Assembly: GCA_044892505.1 (NCBI GenBank)
Contig: CM097882.1
Coordinates: forward strand, 520,056,001 to 520,120,000
DNA from: Schmidtea nova
Taxonomy: Eukaryota
Reading direction: 5' to 3'
Length of the DNA: 64,000 bases
In this document: positions 14,346 through 28,800 of the stretch, in pieces
Position numbering within the stretch: position 1 is the first letter of the stretch
Layout of the letters: the number at the start of each line of letters is the position of its first letter
Position numbers and translations under genes: made by a program
The notes under the pieces: generated by a model
The model's database searches: none
The model's input: the letters and a program-made list of their open reading frames with translations, nothing else
What the model was told of the DNA's origin: nothing

Positions 14346-15221
14346 TGTTAGGGTTCGAGATCATAGGATTTCGTTTATTATAGATAATTAATAAGTATAG
14401 TAATAAATAATTACCATAAATAAATATAGATTAAATATAGTAATAATTAAATAGTATAAATAAATATAGTAATTAACAATTACTATAAATAGATAGAGAA
14501 TTACAATAATAATAAATAAATAGGTAAAAAGTAATAATAGTAATAAATAATATATAAATAATAAATATAGTTTAAAAATAGTAATAGTAAATTACTATTA
14601 TTTATAATTTTAAAGGTCAAAATAGACCAATGCATAAATAATCGTGTCTGGTCGTCTAGACCTACACGTAGATAAATATCATATATAAACTGATTGCAAA
14701 ATCAGTTAGAGTAGTTGTTTTACTGGACAGAAGTTATTTAGATTTAAATTTTTGAGTAGCAAATTTTGTGAAACGGAATTAGTAATTTTGAGAAAATATT
14801 AGTGACAGGTCGTTAGAGTTATTTAAGAAATACAGCTACTTGGTAAATTTTAATTTTATTATATTTTTTGCGATCACGGAACAATAGTATTATTTACTAT
14901 TTTGTTCCTTCAGAAAAATCGAATAAACTAATAAAATATCAGAAGGGAAATTCATTAGGAAAAATTATTAACCAATTCTGGGTTATTACTATCGCGCAAA
15001 CTACCGGGAATCCTTCATCTTCTTGTCCAATATCTTAGTCGGAGCTGTGAGCCATTTAGGTCCAGCTTTCGTTTCTTTGAATCTGAGGACGGTTTGAACA
15101 ACCGATTATCTAGCTTTAGACATAGCAGCTATTGCACTATTATCAAAACACCTTTTTGTACATTGTATTGTATTAATAAAACTTATTTCACAAAACCTTG
15201 TTTTCTTATTTACACGCAACA
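14346..15221 (+). mobile_element. Probable 3' LTR of element B
   Basis: Preceded by GGGACGAAAATCTTGTTAGGGGAAGACA (PPT-like); starts TGTT; contains TATATAAA and AATAAA; plausible end GCAACA (uncertain). Confidence 0.6.
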
Positions 15222-15979
15222 AAACACACATATTTTATTTATATTTAAATAAGAGGATTATCGTTTGGAGTACGATAATCAATTAAAGTTATTAATTATC
15301 GAATTAGTTTATCTGTGTTCTTCGTAGCCACTGATACGAACCGAACAATAGCATAAATGGTAAAAATGTAAAATTAAATTAGTTAAAACTTTAAAGGGAC
15401 GCCATTATTCAGTGCATACAAGGTGTGCTAGTTTGATGCTTTGGTCATCCTAATTATTTTTATTCGGCAACAGCCCATGTCCGGGTTGTTATTTGTTTAA
15501 TGGTAAATAAAAAAATCTAGAATAAAAAAAGAAAAAACCTGTAGTGATCACAGATCCACAAAATCAGTAAAAATTAATATTCATGAAAAAATTTAATTAA
15601 ATTAAAAAATAACTATGCACATATAACAATGAAATAAACAACTTTGTTTAAATATTAGAATTAGTTATGGGTTAAAAAAATAAAAATTGTTCAACATGTG
15701 CGTGTTAATTTTGCTTTATTGTTATTTTATCAGTGTGGTGGATATTGAATGATTTGTCAGAATTCAATATCTCAATATGAGTGTTAATATTTTCAATAAT
15801 GCCGTCACCAATCATCAATACCTGCGAGTTTCAGATAGCAAGGACGCGGATATTTTGATCTTTTCAATGGTCAAGTTGGAAGTTGAAGCCTTCATGGAAC
15901 TTTTCATGGCGTTTTCAAAGAAAGACTGCACTAAGAATTTGTGATAGTTATCGAGGGGATAACAGTATCTGATTCTTAC

Positions 15980-16250
15980 CGATATCTTAAAAAGATTTTC
16001 AGGTTCTATTATCTTTTCCTCTTATCATTAGATTCCAATTCAGCCGGAATCCGTTTCTAAAACAGCTGTTATTATATGGTTTGGTTTTTTAAAATATTTA
16101 TTTAAGCCTTTCGGACTTCGTAACGCTTCACAGGCATTTCAGTGTCACATTGATATGGTATTAGATTGTCTTCATCATTCCGTGGAATATACTGATGATA
16201 TCATTGTTGCTTCACCAAACATTGAAAACCATATTGCTCATCTTTAAAAA
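15980..16250 (+). pseudogene. Gypsy reverse transcriptase fragment
   Basis: IPIQPESVSKTAV..FG...PFGLRNASQAFQ..ID.VL..EYTDDIIVAS. Confidence 0.85.
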
Positions 16251-16269
16251 CCATTGCTCATCTTTAAAA

Positions 16270-17070
16270 TATGAAGAGTGTAAATCGTTTACCGATGAAT
16301 TTTGCTGGCGATGTACGACGACGACATGTTCCTTTTATACAAAAAAGAATTAGTATAAGGTGTGGATCATATTTTGAACAACTGAAAATATCATTTAAAA
16401 CACTTTTTAAAATTAGTGATAAGGATCAGTGCCAAACAATCACAACATTCAATATTATCTTCAATTGATATTTCAAAACCAACTTTTAGGAGGTTTAACA
16501 AAATGTTGATCGAAAGGATGAAAAATCAAAATTCTAATTCGTGGAAGTTAGGTGGTTCCGGAACAATAGTACAGGTTGATGAGACCATGATGAACTTCAA
16601 ATGCAAAAGTCATCGTGGTCGAAGTTCAACAAACCGTACTGATGCCATATGCATTGTAAAATGTTCTCCTCAAATTACAAGAATTTGGGCAGAAGTTATT
16701 TCGAAAAAATAAGCAGCCGTAATCTTACCAATAACTTGTAAACACGTTGTTTCGGGAAGCACTATTCACACTGATGAATTTAGAAGCTATAAAGCATTGA
16801 GTAAAAATGGATTTATTAATAGGTTTGTGTGCCATAAGTATAATTTTGTTGACAAAGAAACTGGTGTTCACACTCAGCATGTAGAGTCTTTGAACAATCT
16901 ACTAAAGTGTGAAATTAAAAAAATGAATGGGTGTTGCTACGGCTAATAGGGAGGAATTTTTATCTGAATTTATTTGGAAATAAAACAACAAGAATAATTT
17001 GTTTGATGTTATTTTGAATTTAATTAAACTCTTCAAATGATATTTATTTTTTATGGCAGAAAATTTTACC
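16270..17070 (+). mobile_element. Merlin (IS1595/ISXO2-like DDE) transposon, 5'-truncated
   Basis: KLGGSGTIVQVDETMM, GSTIHTDEFRSY, VCHKYNFVD..TGVHTQHVESLN; candidate right TIR GGCAGAAAATTTTACC; stops and frameshifts. Confidence 0.88.
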
Positions 17071-17238
17071 AGATCACAATATGGAAGCTTTTTTTTACCA
17101 GATTGTTTTTCATTTTATTTTTCTCAGTTTTCTAGGGATAAATAAATTTATTAATCGTCTTTACTTTTGATTTCAAGAGAATTTTATTTTCAAATCATAG
17201 AATGAATTAGTAATTGATTTAACAGGAGACTTAACTGT

Positions 17239-19094
17239 TTGTCTAATGAGAATTATTATGGAGAAGGGACACAATTTTTGCGACACCAGTCAAGAGAGAA
17301 TTTATCAGAAACATTAAAGAAAATGAATTGTGTCACTCTTCATTTCATGTCACTCTTCCTCAAAAATGGTGTGCAGAATCAAACAGAGCCCAGTCAAACA
17401 CCCATTAGATGTAAAATGCGTATAAAGAGATTGCCAAAGAAAATTCCACATAAAGAGATTTTAGTAGAATTGCAAAATAATGCTACATTTCAAAACAAAG
17501 ATGAAGATTTAGGTGTGCCGACATTTAAACACGCGACAGACAATCACACAATACTTAAACAAAGACACTTAAACACACGACATTTAAACACAAGGACATA
17601 TAATCACAGCGACAGATTAACACGGACACTTAAACGCACAAACATATAATCACAACCGAAATACCTCAAAAAACAAAATGGATGAAATATTAAATTTAGT
17701 TCAAAGACAAGACTACCTTTGTAGCGAAAATAAAGAATGTACAAGGCTTCATATGCAACGAAAACCATTTTGTTCGTAACTTTTCGAACAAGAAAAATAT
17801 TCAATGTTCCAGGTGTGAAATGCTCGGACATCAATCCCGATATTGTAAATCGGGAAAATATAAAGGTATCGAGAATAGTCAGGAGTCTCTCGATCCAAAA
17901 AATATGTTAAAAGAAAGACTCCTTTCCCTAAATGGATCGGAAAGGCTTTATAGATTCCGGCTGCTTGACAATAACCATACGCGGAGAAGGCATCACATCC
18001 CCTAACGCTCAGGTGTTTTTAGTTGATGGATCTATACTACCGGTGAGTTATAGCAAAGCATAAATCGAATTAGAAGCAAAATACTTATTCATTGACAGTT
18101 GTATTTCTATAAAAATGATAGCAGGATATAGCGTCATATTATATATGAACGCCATTATAGCACTAGGATGCGTGAAAATCAGTGAAGATGTCAGATTTGG
18201 ATGCGAATTGAAATGTTTGAGGGTTGTAAATGGAAATGAAGTTCAGAGTTTGACAATTCAAAGGAAAAACATTTAAACAAAGTTCAACAAAGAATGGATT
18301 GTATCATGGAATTTGAACACAGAACTTCTTGTAATGGCAGATCGATACTTCAAGTTCGATCTAGATAAACCAAAGGCAGACTAGGCACTCAAAGTCATTG
18401 AACAGTGAGTCAAATATGGTAGATTAATCGAATATGATGAAATTCGGTGAGCCTGTTTGTGCGGTAACTTTATTTCCCGTAATGGAAAAGAACAAGAGCA
18501 AGATACCACCAGTGTTCGATTTTAGAGCTTTAAATCATTATCTAGAGGTCTATAGAGAGGAAGCAGTAGTTTGTAATGAAACAATAAGAGAGTAGAGAAG
18601 GAAACAAAATAGCAATCTTGGATTTATCTGATGCGAACATGCAAATCCGGAAATGTGGAAATACCAGCCATGCATTGTAAACGGAAGGCGATATGCATCG
18701 ACAAGACTGGGCTTCGGAATCGATATTGTTCATGTTAGATCGTTAATCACGTGTTGGGTTTAAATGGCAAAATAAAACAAAAAGCCAGTGCGTATATAGA
18801 CGATATTTTCATAGACAAAAAAGTTATCCAGCTGAACAAGTAAAAGATTGACTAGGAAAATTTAACTTGATGACGAAAAAAATTGAACTTCCCTTAAGAA
18901 AACTTGGACTTTCAGTTGAAGGCTGATTTCGATACGCGTGCTCGTATCTCAAACGAATAAGTGAAAGAGAATTGGACAGGCTAATTGACGCACAATTATT
19001 AGATAAAGTAAATTTGCTAATGAAGTAGGTTGAATAAAATGATCCGGCTCATGATACTTGGCAAGCACTAATGGAAAGAACAAGTATTCTACGG
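17239..19094 (+). mobile_element. Degenerate Gypsy gag-pro-RT
   Basis: CCHC knuckle CSRCEMLGHQSRYC; RT motifs KIPPVFDFRALN and SAYIDDIF; many stops. Confidence 0.8.
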
Positions 19095-20760
19095 TAGGGA
19101 TTACGATATCGATAATCGATAAACCGATTAATCGGACAAAAAATATCATTTTAAAATTATCGATAAATTCTCTAAATATTATCGATAATTCGATATATAC
19201 GCGAAAACACATTTTTCAATTTCTGAAAAAGTTTTTCAAAATTTTCGATAGTTTAATTTTTTAAAATTAAAAATATCAACAGTATTCCATGATATTTGCT
19301 TTGTTTTATGTGGCTATTGTGGTTGTTGTAATTCGAAAATCATTCTGACTTTGTCTTTACACCTAAACTATTAAGCTTGTTTACAATTTTAATTTATTTA
19401 AATTAAATATCCGTATGGCAAAAATTTGTGCAATAAAGGAGTCAAAGAAAATGACAGTCGATGACAATTACAACATAAGTCCAAGCAATTTATTCCATGC
19501 AATTGAAATTGTCATCAAAGAAAGTTATTCTTCAAACAGCTCTACTAAAAAAATAACCAATGATACAGTAAAAAAATTAAAATAAGTCAAAGATGATTTA
19601 CAGATATTAGATGATTTTAGATAAATAAATAATTGTCTTTTTCTTAATAATTTCATCATTAATCTGGCGATCATATAGATTTTAAATTCCTTCATTATCC
19701 GAATTAATTCACAATCCGAAAGGAAATCGATTTCTAATTTTTCGGATTAATGAGGGTTTACTGTATTGAAATTATTTGTTTGTAAAATTGTGAAATTTGA
19801 ACTTCTACATTTTGGTAAATTTTATAAAAGGTAACGAGTTTTTTAATTTAATATATATTATACGTGTTGAATACATTTGATATTTTTCAAGGCATGGCGA
19901 ATAATACAAATTTAAATGATAAGATTAAAGATTCACTGTGGAATTACTTTAACCGCACTAAGGATGGAAATGCACAATTCAAAGTTGCTCGAAAACCATA
20001 AAATCTGCAGGCGGAATGACTACTGGTTTACGTAGCCATTTTAGAACATAGCATAACATAAATTTATTAAAAAGAGATGAAAATTGTGGAATTTTGAGCT
20101 CAAGCGGAATAAAAATGTTAAAAAAAGTCAACAAAGCAAAAAAATTACAAAAAAATATTTACAAAATTATTCACCAAAACCGTTGATGATTCTCTACCTG
20201 CAATAATATCTCGGATGACAAGCAAAGACGGCCTGGCATTTAAAACATGTTGTACGTCATATGATTTAAGAGAGCTATTAAAAAGTAAAGGTCATCAGCA
20301 AATTCCTAAATCATCCAACACAATTAGGAATATTGTTTTATCATATTCCCAAAAAATACGTGATGAAATAATAAATGGGTTTTCTTCACGAATTGTTCGC
20401 GGCGAAAGATTTAGTCTGACGAGTGGACGTGTGTTAAAAATCGCCGATATATGAATATTAATACTCACGCGAATAACATATTTTGGAACCTTGGCTTAAC
20501 GCGAGTGTATGGATCGATGCCAGCAGAGAAGTGCGTTGAAGTACTTGGTGAAAAATTGCGTGAATTTAAATTTTTACTTTATAATATTATTTCAATAACA
20601 AATCCGTTTTGACGAAAGTGGTAAAATTAGTAAATGCTGACCAACAGCTTTGTCTAGCACATGACATACAATTAGCTGTGGTAAAAGCCATTTATAAAAA
20701 ACATAGCGTAAATGAAGAATTAAATAATTATGAGAATCCAGATAATGATGAAAGTGAATA
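19095..20760 (+). mobile_element. hAT (Ac-like, BED finger) 5' remnant
   Basis: Starts TAGGGATT with ATCGAT subterminal repeats; SLWNYF..GMTTGLRSH, IISRMTSKDGL..GERFSLT, FWNLGLTRVYGSMPAE. Confidence 0.8.
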
Positions 20761-20939
20761 AAATGACGGTTTTGAGGTAATTAACAACAAGCAATTACAA
20801 CAAGCTCGTTTATACGAGAGTCTTTACATCAAAAGGAATATTCATTAGCTAAAAACAACTGTCAAGTAATGAATTTCATTTATACGTTTTATGAATATGC
20901 CAAACGTGAAACCATAAATGAATTTGATTGTATTAAGCA

Positions 20940-22730
20940 GAATGGGGAAAATTTTTCTATAACTTTAGATAAGTGGAAAAATCTGCAAAAGAAATAGCAG
21001 ATATTTGAATATCAACGTATAAAATTTAGCGGAAGATTTTAATTTGGGATTAGTTCCAATAGCTAGTTCCTGCGATGCTGAAAAAACATTAGAATTAGTT
21101 TCCCAGAGGCTACAAAATTTTAACTTAGATCTATCAACCGATATAGTTGCAGCTACAAATGATGGTGCCGCTGTTATGAAAATTTTGGTCAGTTATCACC
21201 TATAATTGATCAGCTATGCTATTCACACGCCATACACTTAGCAGTTACTCATGTGTTAAATAAAAATAAAGAAATTGCTGAACTCGATGTATATGCTACA
21301 ACTACAAGTCAGGAATCGGAAGATGGAGCCATTACAGTGCTAAGATGATTATGGCGAAGATTTTTCAAATTTTTATGAGCTGGATAATGACAGTAGATTG
21401 CATATGTTGTCTGACAACTACAAAGAATCAATTTCCCAAATTAGAAAAATTTGAAAATTTTTTAGAAAATCTCCAGCTTGGACTTAAGGAATTAAGTCTG
21501 ATTCTCGACTGCCAAACGAGATGGAATAGTTTAGAAGCCATGGTTGAAAGCTTTATAATATTTAAAAGAATGTGTTGTTTTAGCTTTGAATGATAGTGGA
21601 GCTTCTCATATGTGGAACGAAGCTCAATATCATTGAGCTTGTTAAAATATTGGGACCAATACGTCTAGCAGCTGAGGCCTTAGGGAGGCGAGATTCCAAA
21701 TTATTAACAAGTGAAAGGATATTTGAATTTCTGTTAAATGAACTAATAAATTTAAAGGCGAAGAAAGAAGAAGAAAAGAAAATATCCAGAAAGAAGTGAA
21801 AAGTCAATTGGAAAGAATTTCGCATTGGAGTGATCAGAATCTTTTTAAGATCGAAATATTTCATTTAAATAAACATTGCGGAGAAGGCTTACTATTGTTA
21901 CCTTATTATTATAAATTTAAAGACTGATATTAGTTCCAAATTTTTAAATGCTTTACTAATTCGAATTATTGAAAGAAGACAAGTTGGATATCCTTTATAC
22001 GATATTTGAAAAAATCAGCAAATAAAACTTCAGTTCGTGTTGGTAGTGTACTCCCACAATCTTCAAAATTGGATATTATGAAGTTATCTGAAAATAATAT
22101 TGTTCAGAATATATCCAAATTATTCAGTGGAAAGGGAAACAGATTCTGATTCTGATGATAAATATATGGGAGGAGGAGGCGGAGAAACTTATAATCGGGG
22201 CAATGACGTGAATCTAAAAGAAGCCATGGAAAAATAAATTCATAAGTTTCTTGAGGAACCTGAGAAATAATATCAAATGCGAAGACACTGAAGACTGATT
22301 TTTTAATATATTAGGCCCTGAAAACTATTAAACAAAGTTCAGTAGCCAGTGAAAGAGTATTTTCTATTTCAGGGAATATTGTTTCCAAAATAAGAACGAG
22401 ATTAGGTAATCGTTCAGTGGGCAGTTTATAAATTTTTATTTCATTTAGTATTTTTCTTCAGAAAATATGATTTCAAAAAACATAATTTCTTTTTCTATGG
22501 AATACAAATTTTGATTAGACCAATTTTAGTTTTTTTATTTGGCATAATTATTTATTTTGTCTTTCTGGTTCCGTAAATATTAAATAAATTGCAAAATAAG
22601 ATTTTTTTACTTTTTAAATAAATGTATATTTTTTTGAAGAAAAATTCGAAAACTGGTTTTAACCGGTTTTATGGATAAAGTGGAATTCGAAAACCGGTTT
22701 TGTAAAAATTCGGTTTTTGTATAAACCCTA
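20940..22730 (+). mobile_element. Second hAT remnant, 3' part
   Basis: FSITLD.W, ATNDGAAVM, DCQTRWNSLEAM, SVASERVFSISG; ends AAACCCTA with AACCG repeats. It repeats the catalytic N-terminus already present at 20400, so it is a separate element. Confidence 0.8.
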
Positions 22731-22816
22731 ATCCTATATTATCAAAGAAAATTAAATTGACTAGACGCAGGAATTGAGTTAAACTAAGTATTTGTATGAA
22801 ACAGAAATAACTAGAA

Positions 22817-25109
22817 CAGACACCTCAAACACGCGGCCCGCTAAGACTTTTTAATAAATTACCAAAAAAAGTTTTTAAATAGTTTTCTTTTAAATTAAAA
22901 GCATGACTTCAATATTTTTAATTAATGCTTATTAAAGAAAAACTTTAGAAAAAATAAATTTGACTCAAAACAAACCATCATCAAAGGTTATAATAAAAAA
23001 TTTGATCATTGTTGTAAATTTTAACAAATTATTCGTATTCAAAAGTTTTTACTCAATTTTTTTCAACAGTTCCAAACAAAAAAAATAATATATAAAATGC
23101 CTATGAAAAAGAAATTAAAAATGGATGTTGAGTTGGCAACAGATATGGTGGCATTAAAAAGAAAAATTAAGGATGAAAACAGAAAGTTTCAAGACAAGTG
23201 GGAAGATATGTATTTTTTATTGAAACAAAGCACCGAATTGTGCGACTTATTTGTCAGCAAACAATTGCGGTAGCAAAAGAGTTCAATATTAGTCGCCACT
23301 ATAACACACTTCATGGCAACAAATTCAACAAATTCCATGGAAAATTTAGAGAAGAGAAAATTAATCAGTTCAAATCATCATTTGAAAAACAAACAAGTTT
23401 TTTCTCCAAGTGCAATAAAGTCAGTGAAGATTCTGTCAAAGCAAGCTATGTTCTCTGTGAAATGATAGCAAAAGAAATCAAACCTTTTACAGAAGGACTT
23501 TTTTGTCAAAGAATGCATGGTACAAGCCTGCGAAATAATGTGCCCTGAAAAGAAGAAAGTGTTTGAGGGAATAAGTCTATCTGCTAATACAGTTTCTGCT
23601 CGAATTTCTGAGTTAGCAGATGACACAAAAAAACAACTTGTCAATATCGCTAAAACTTTTGAAGCATAATCCATATCTATTGATGAGAGCACAGACACAA
23701 CTGACACAGCCCAATGTGCAATCTTCATTAGAGGTGTTGACAAACATTTAATGATTACTGTGGAATTGCTAGAATTAATACCTTTGAAGAGCATAAACAC
23801 GGGAAAAGATATCTTTCAAAAGTTTGAAGAGTGTATTGCTAAAACTGAGGTACCTTGGTTAATCTTGCAACAGATAGTGCTCCAGCAATGCTTTCAGAAA
23901 AAGTCGGAGTAGTTGGTCTACTTAAAAACAAACTTCAAATCTTCAGTCCTCACGGCAACAACTTTACCAGCAGTCATTGTATTTTGCATCAAAAAGCTCT
24001 GTGTGGAAAAATATTAAAATGAAAGAAGTAATGAAAATTGTGGTAAAAACAGTTAATTTTATTAGATCAAGAAGTGTAAACCACCGACAATTTTCTTCTT
24101 TCAAATTACCAATGGTAGCCAACATGGTGAACTTTTATATCACACTGAGGTAAGGTAGCTCAGTCGTGGAAATGTTTTAAGAAGATCTTTTGATCTTTTG
24201 GATGAGATCGACTCATTCATGAAAATAAAAAACAAAGAAGTACCAGAACTCACAGACTCAAATTTCATCAGCAATCTTGCTTTTCTAACTGATATTACAG
24301 ATCACTTGAATGATCTGAATACAAAACTGCAAGGAAAAGATTTGATCATAACTCAAATGTATGATCACATAAAATCATTCATGATCAAGCTGAACTTGTG
24401 GAACAAACAAATTTCCATTTATTTTCAAACACTCAAGTCACTGAAAAAGATTGAACCCAATAACTTGATAGTCTATTCAGGTATAGACTAACGAACTCCT
24501 TCAACAGTTTGAGACACGATTTAAAGATTTTAAAATGCTTGAACCACAGTTCCAACTTTTTTAAAACACCATTTGCTGTTGATGTTAAATCCGTGGCAGA
24601 AGAAATTCAGATGGAATTAGTGGAGCTTCAGTGTGATTCTATTTTAAAACAAAAATACTTGGAATTCTTGAGTTTTATTCATATATCCAACAAGAAAGAT
24701 TTCCAAGGTTGCATTCTCAGGCACCTATCTTTATGAACAATTCTTTTCATTGATGAAATTCAACAAACCTTCAACAAGAACAAAGTTAAATGACGAACAT
24801 TTAGAAGCAACACTAAGACTGGCCACATCTCAAAAGATTGTTCCTAATATTGATGCTCTTGTGGTGGCTAAACGTTGCCAACTAAGTAGCCAGAAATAAA
24901 AATAATATATTTGACGCTTTGTTTGTCTTTATTTAAATAATTTTGTGTTACATTTTTATGTTCGTAATAATGTTTTTTTCCTATTTCTAATAAATTGCAA
25001 TTATGATAAATTCTCGAGTATTTATTTTCAAAAAAAAATATGTTGCATCCGACAGCTCATGATACTAGTCTAATGCGGCCCGCAGGCCAGTTTGAGTTTG
25101 AGACCCCTG
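22817..25109 (+). mobile_element. Full-length but inactivated hAT of the SPIN/GTF2IRD2-EPM2AIP1-like group
   Basis: TSD AACTAGAA at 22809-22816 and 25110-25117; right TIR CAGGGGTCTCAAAC, left degenerate; KRKIKDENRKFQ.KW, IDESTD..DTAQ, LAFLTDITDHLNDLN; frameshifts. Confidence 0.93.
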
Positions 25110-25207
25110 AACTAGAATATAAGAATAATATTAGTAATAGTTTGAAATGGTAGTTTGGAAATTGGGAAAAATTAGGAAGAGCCACTAAAGTTCAAAAGAT
25201 CAAAAAT

Positions 25208-25239
<32 letters not shown>

Positions 25240-25489
25240 AGTGAGTAAGAAAGAAAAATATTTAAATGATCAAATAGAGGTGAACCCAAATAAAAGATTG
25301 AATATAATATAATATACCCTAACAATATACTGTTCAATTGACAATAGTCATTCCTTAAAAACTCACCTTATTCCATTCCAGGACCAGTAAAATCAATCAT
25401 TATTGTAGATCATAGAACCTTCCTTAATCAGTTCAGGATATTTAAAATCTCATAAGCAATTTTAAAGTTTAATGATATCAAGAGTCGTT

Positions 25490-25870
25490 AATTCAGACCT
25501 CCAACTGGGACTCTCATTCATGAAACTAGACCACTGGAGATATTACCAATAGACTTCATAGAATATCTTCAAAGCCTATGAGACCAATTTATTCTAGTAT
25601 TAGGTGACAATATCAATTAGATATACATTCGTTTACTGAGGCAGTAAGATGACATTTGACCGCCATATTACAAACCAAAGAAGGGTCTCGAGAATAAACA
25701 TTGGAAAAAATGTACTCAATGGGAACTTTTTCTGTACAACAACCAACTAAACTCTTCACGATTGAACAAAACAAAATTTCGTTTGGAATTCTATTTTTAT
25801 AAAAGATCAGACCTTTACAATCGTAACCTAGATGATCTATCAAAAGGAATCAATGATGTCTCGCTTTAAC
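25490..25870 (+). pseudogene. Highly decayed retroviral-type integrase fragment
   Basis: TRPLEILPIDFIE..L..QFILV.GD resembles the rve core N-terminus; downstream match weak. Confidence 0.4.
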
Positions 25871-28800
25871 AACTATAGATGAAGAATGATGTAAAAAAAT
25901 TATTTCAATATCAATAGACTATTAAATTATAAATAAAAGCTTACTTAATTGTTCAATTATTTCAAAATCAAAATAGATATAAAAACAAATCTAACGATTA
26001 TATGCTATTGATAAGCTTCTTTAGAGAAACTTTTGAACAAAATCAATTATTATAAAATATTTATAATCTAATTATATTTAGAATATACATATCAGTTAAT
26101 AATAATATTACACAAACTTTGAATGATGCCTAAATTTGAGGTTAAAGATAATAATTATTTAAACAAATAATTTTTAATATGACTTTTTATCGATCATTAA
26201 TCAAGTTGTAAATTTAATTGTTTTTGATTCCTGGTATTTTTTGACATATGCAACAGGAAACCAATTAACTGTTTTCCAACAATTGAACCGGGGAAAACTC
26301 AACGGAAAAGTCTCACGAAACAATCCGCTAAAATATCTTTGAAAAAGTACTCTTTTGTTATTTTACATATATATATATATATGGACTCGAAATTTAATTA
26401 AAAAAATTTAATATTGAAGAACTAATGCATGTGATATTTTAAGTCTTTAATTAAACTATTTTCTAACCTTTTATGAATTTATTTCAGTTTTTATAAAAGT
26501 CAGTTTTTTAGAAAAGATCGAAAAAATATGCACATTTTAACATTTAAATTTAAAACTACTTTCAAATGTAATGCAGAATTTTAATGAATTATTTTGAAGA
26601 CTTGCTAGATAAATACATTTTTCATTAAAATTTAAAAATTTCATCTAATTTATTTTTTAAATTTAAATTATAATTCATATTTTCAATTTCATTTACCTTC
26701 ATTTCTTTACAGCAATTGTTCTTAACCAATGGCTTACGAAACGCCAGAAAATTGTTTGACTTTTATCCTTTCAAGAAGTATAATATTTTAAATTTAAGTT
26801 TTGATGTTTAAAAATTTTTATTTGGTAAAAGCGCTTCATATTTCAAAGACATATATGAAAGAACCATTTCACTTCAGATTGTAAGATATGGATGATAATG
26901 ACCATTTCAATCGAGTCTCTTAATTAAAATCGAAAAAAATTTTAAATCTTAGTTTTCATTTTTTCTGGAGGTTCTTTTTTATCTTAAAATAGCGAAATTT
27001 ATAATGAAAGTTAAGAATGTCTGCCTTAGTGAATTCTTTAAAGATAACTTTTTTATTTATTTTTAATTTTACATTCGCTTCAATAATAAAAGTTAATTTC
27101 ATAAATGAAATTAATTTATAAATGATATAGTAAATAAATAACTTAGTACTCCTAGAATGATAAATCTGGAGATAATATAAGATGGTTTAATTCTAAGTCA
27201 ATATTGACACTTAAAGTTTTGTAATTCTTTTTATGAAATCGTTAAATTATAAATGTATTGAATTGTATTTTTTTAAACAATTAGATTTCTTATAGATTTT
27301 TTTATTAAATTATTTTTAGATTACAATTTTTAAAATATGTATTTCATTAAAATAGTAATTTTCAAAAGTATAAATAAATTCCACACAAATAATACCTTTT
27401 TTGAAATCTTTGATTTCTAATTTAGTTGTCTTATTTTAATTTTGATTATGTTACTTTTATCTTTAAGTTATTATTAATTTAGTCTGAAAAATTTTAATAG
27501 CCAGAAATTCAAATGTTAATCAAAATTTATATTGAATGTTTAATAATAATTTTAATATAAAATTAACATAATCCAGCTAAAGTAGAACACTATTCAATTA
27601 ATTATCACCACTGTTTAATGCGAAAGCCAGACTTAAAAATGAAAAACCTTATAAATTTGATAAATATCTGTATTTAATATCCAAAAAATAATTAAATGCT
27701 AAAATATGTTTTAGCATTGAGATTGATCAATTATCATGTAGTTAAAATTTATTCTATTTTCATTAAGAGAAAAATAATTAATTAAAAAGCAATAATTATT
27801 AAATAGTAAAAAGGATATCATTTAATGAAAACAAACCGATTTTATTTAAAAGATGTATTAGAAATATTTTGAATAGAATAGAATTTTTTATTAACGCTAT
27901 AATACGATGACAAACACCCATTTTGAGGCGGTAACATCTATTTTTCTAGATGATGAGGTCTGTAACTCTGCTAACCGAAGCATCAGTCAAAAATATGAAA
28001 ATAGTAAACAATTCTCTAATGTCTTACAAAATATCTAACACGATCCAGGTACTTACAAAAATATCAACACGTTTACAATCTAAGAGTCATAATCTGTATT
28101 TGATCTTGTTTGAAAATCTATTAGATTAATCAGTTCAATAGGATAGAGTGAGTACTTGTAAATCGTCCATAGAATTCCGGCCAGCGGAAAGAACATCCGA
28201 ATATCACTTTGATGTGGTTGAAACTGGATACTAAAAATAAATAAGTCAATTATAGAATTTCAACGAAACAACCATTATAATAACTAGTCAAATAAATTTT
28301 ACATTAAGACAGTTTGCAAATCCTTGACTTGCATGATTACTTAATACTGTTTCGATCTATTTATATTTAACACTTATTTAGACAAAAATTTTGAATGATT
28401 CCTGTATTATATACAGTGACCAGACTTCTTCAGAGTAAATCTGATACACGGGGTTCTTCGTTTAAAAAAATATAAAATATCACACAAATTTATTTAAATT
28501 TAATGAAAATTATTAAAAATTTATTCGACTAATTAGAAAAGAACATAAATTATTTGTTATAATTATTCATTAATTTTTAATTAATTTATTTTTATTGAAT
28601 ATATTTTTCTAAGGACCTCCCATTGATATTTTATTATTATATTTGTACTCGTCTCCTCGTTTGCCATCCGTACATACCAATTTCCTTCGCGATGTGTCAA
28701 TTTATAATATTTTTAATTCTTAATTAATTTTGTACTTATTTATCAATTGGGAATTTAACACTTTTCAGCCTTTTTATTGATATTATCCCAGTCCCCCACA

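Noticed and set aside
16233-16270. 17-bp tandem duplication ATTGCTCATCTTTAAAA as a TSD
   Set aside because: The copies are adjacent with no element between them; a local junction duplication.
20780-20915. GIY-YIG tail (RLYESLYIK) with a possible degenerate hammerhead
   Set aside because: The protein match is short; the core has G5 altered and no stem I.
28030-28240. Possible host exon
   Set aside because: Splice-like sites on both strands, but every frame hits a stop; no phase-consistent model.
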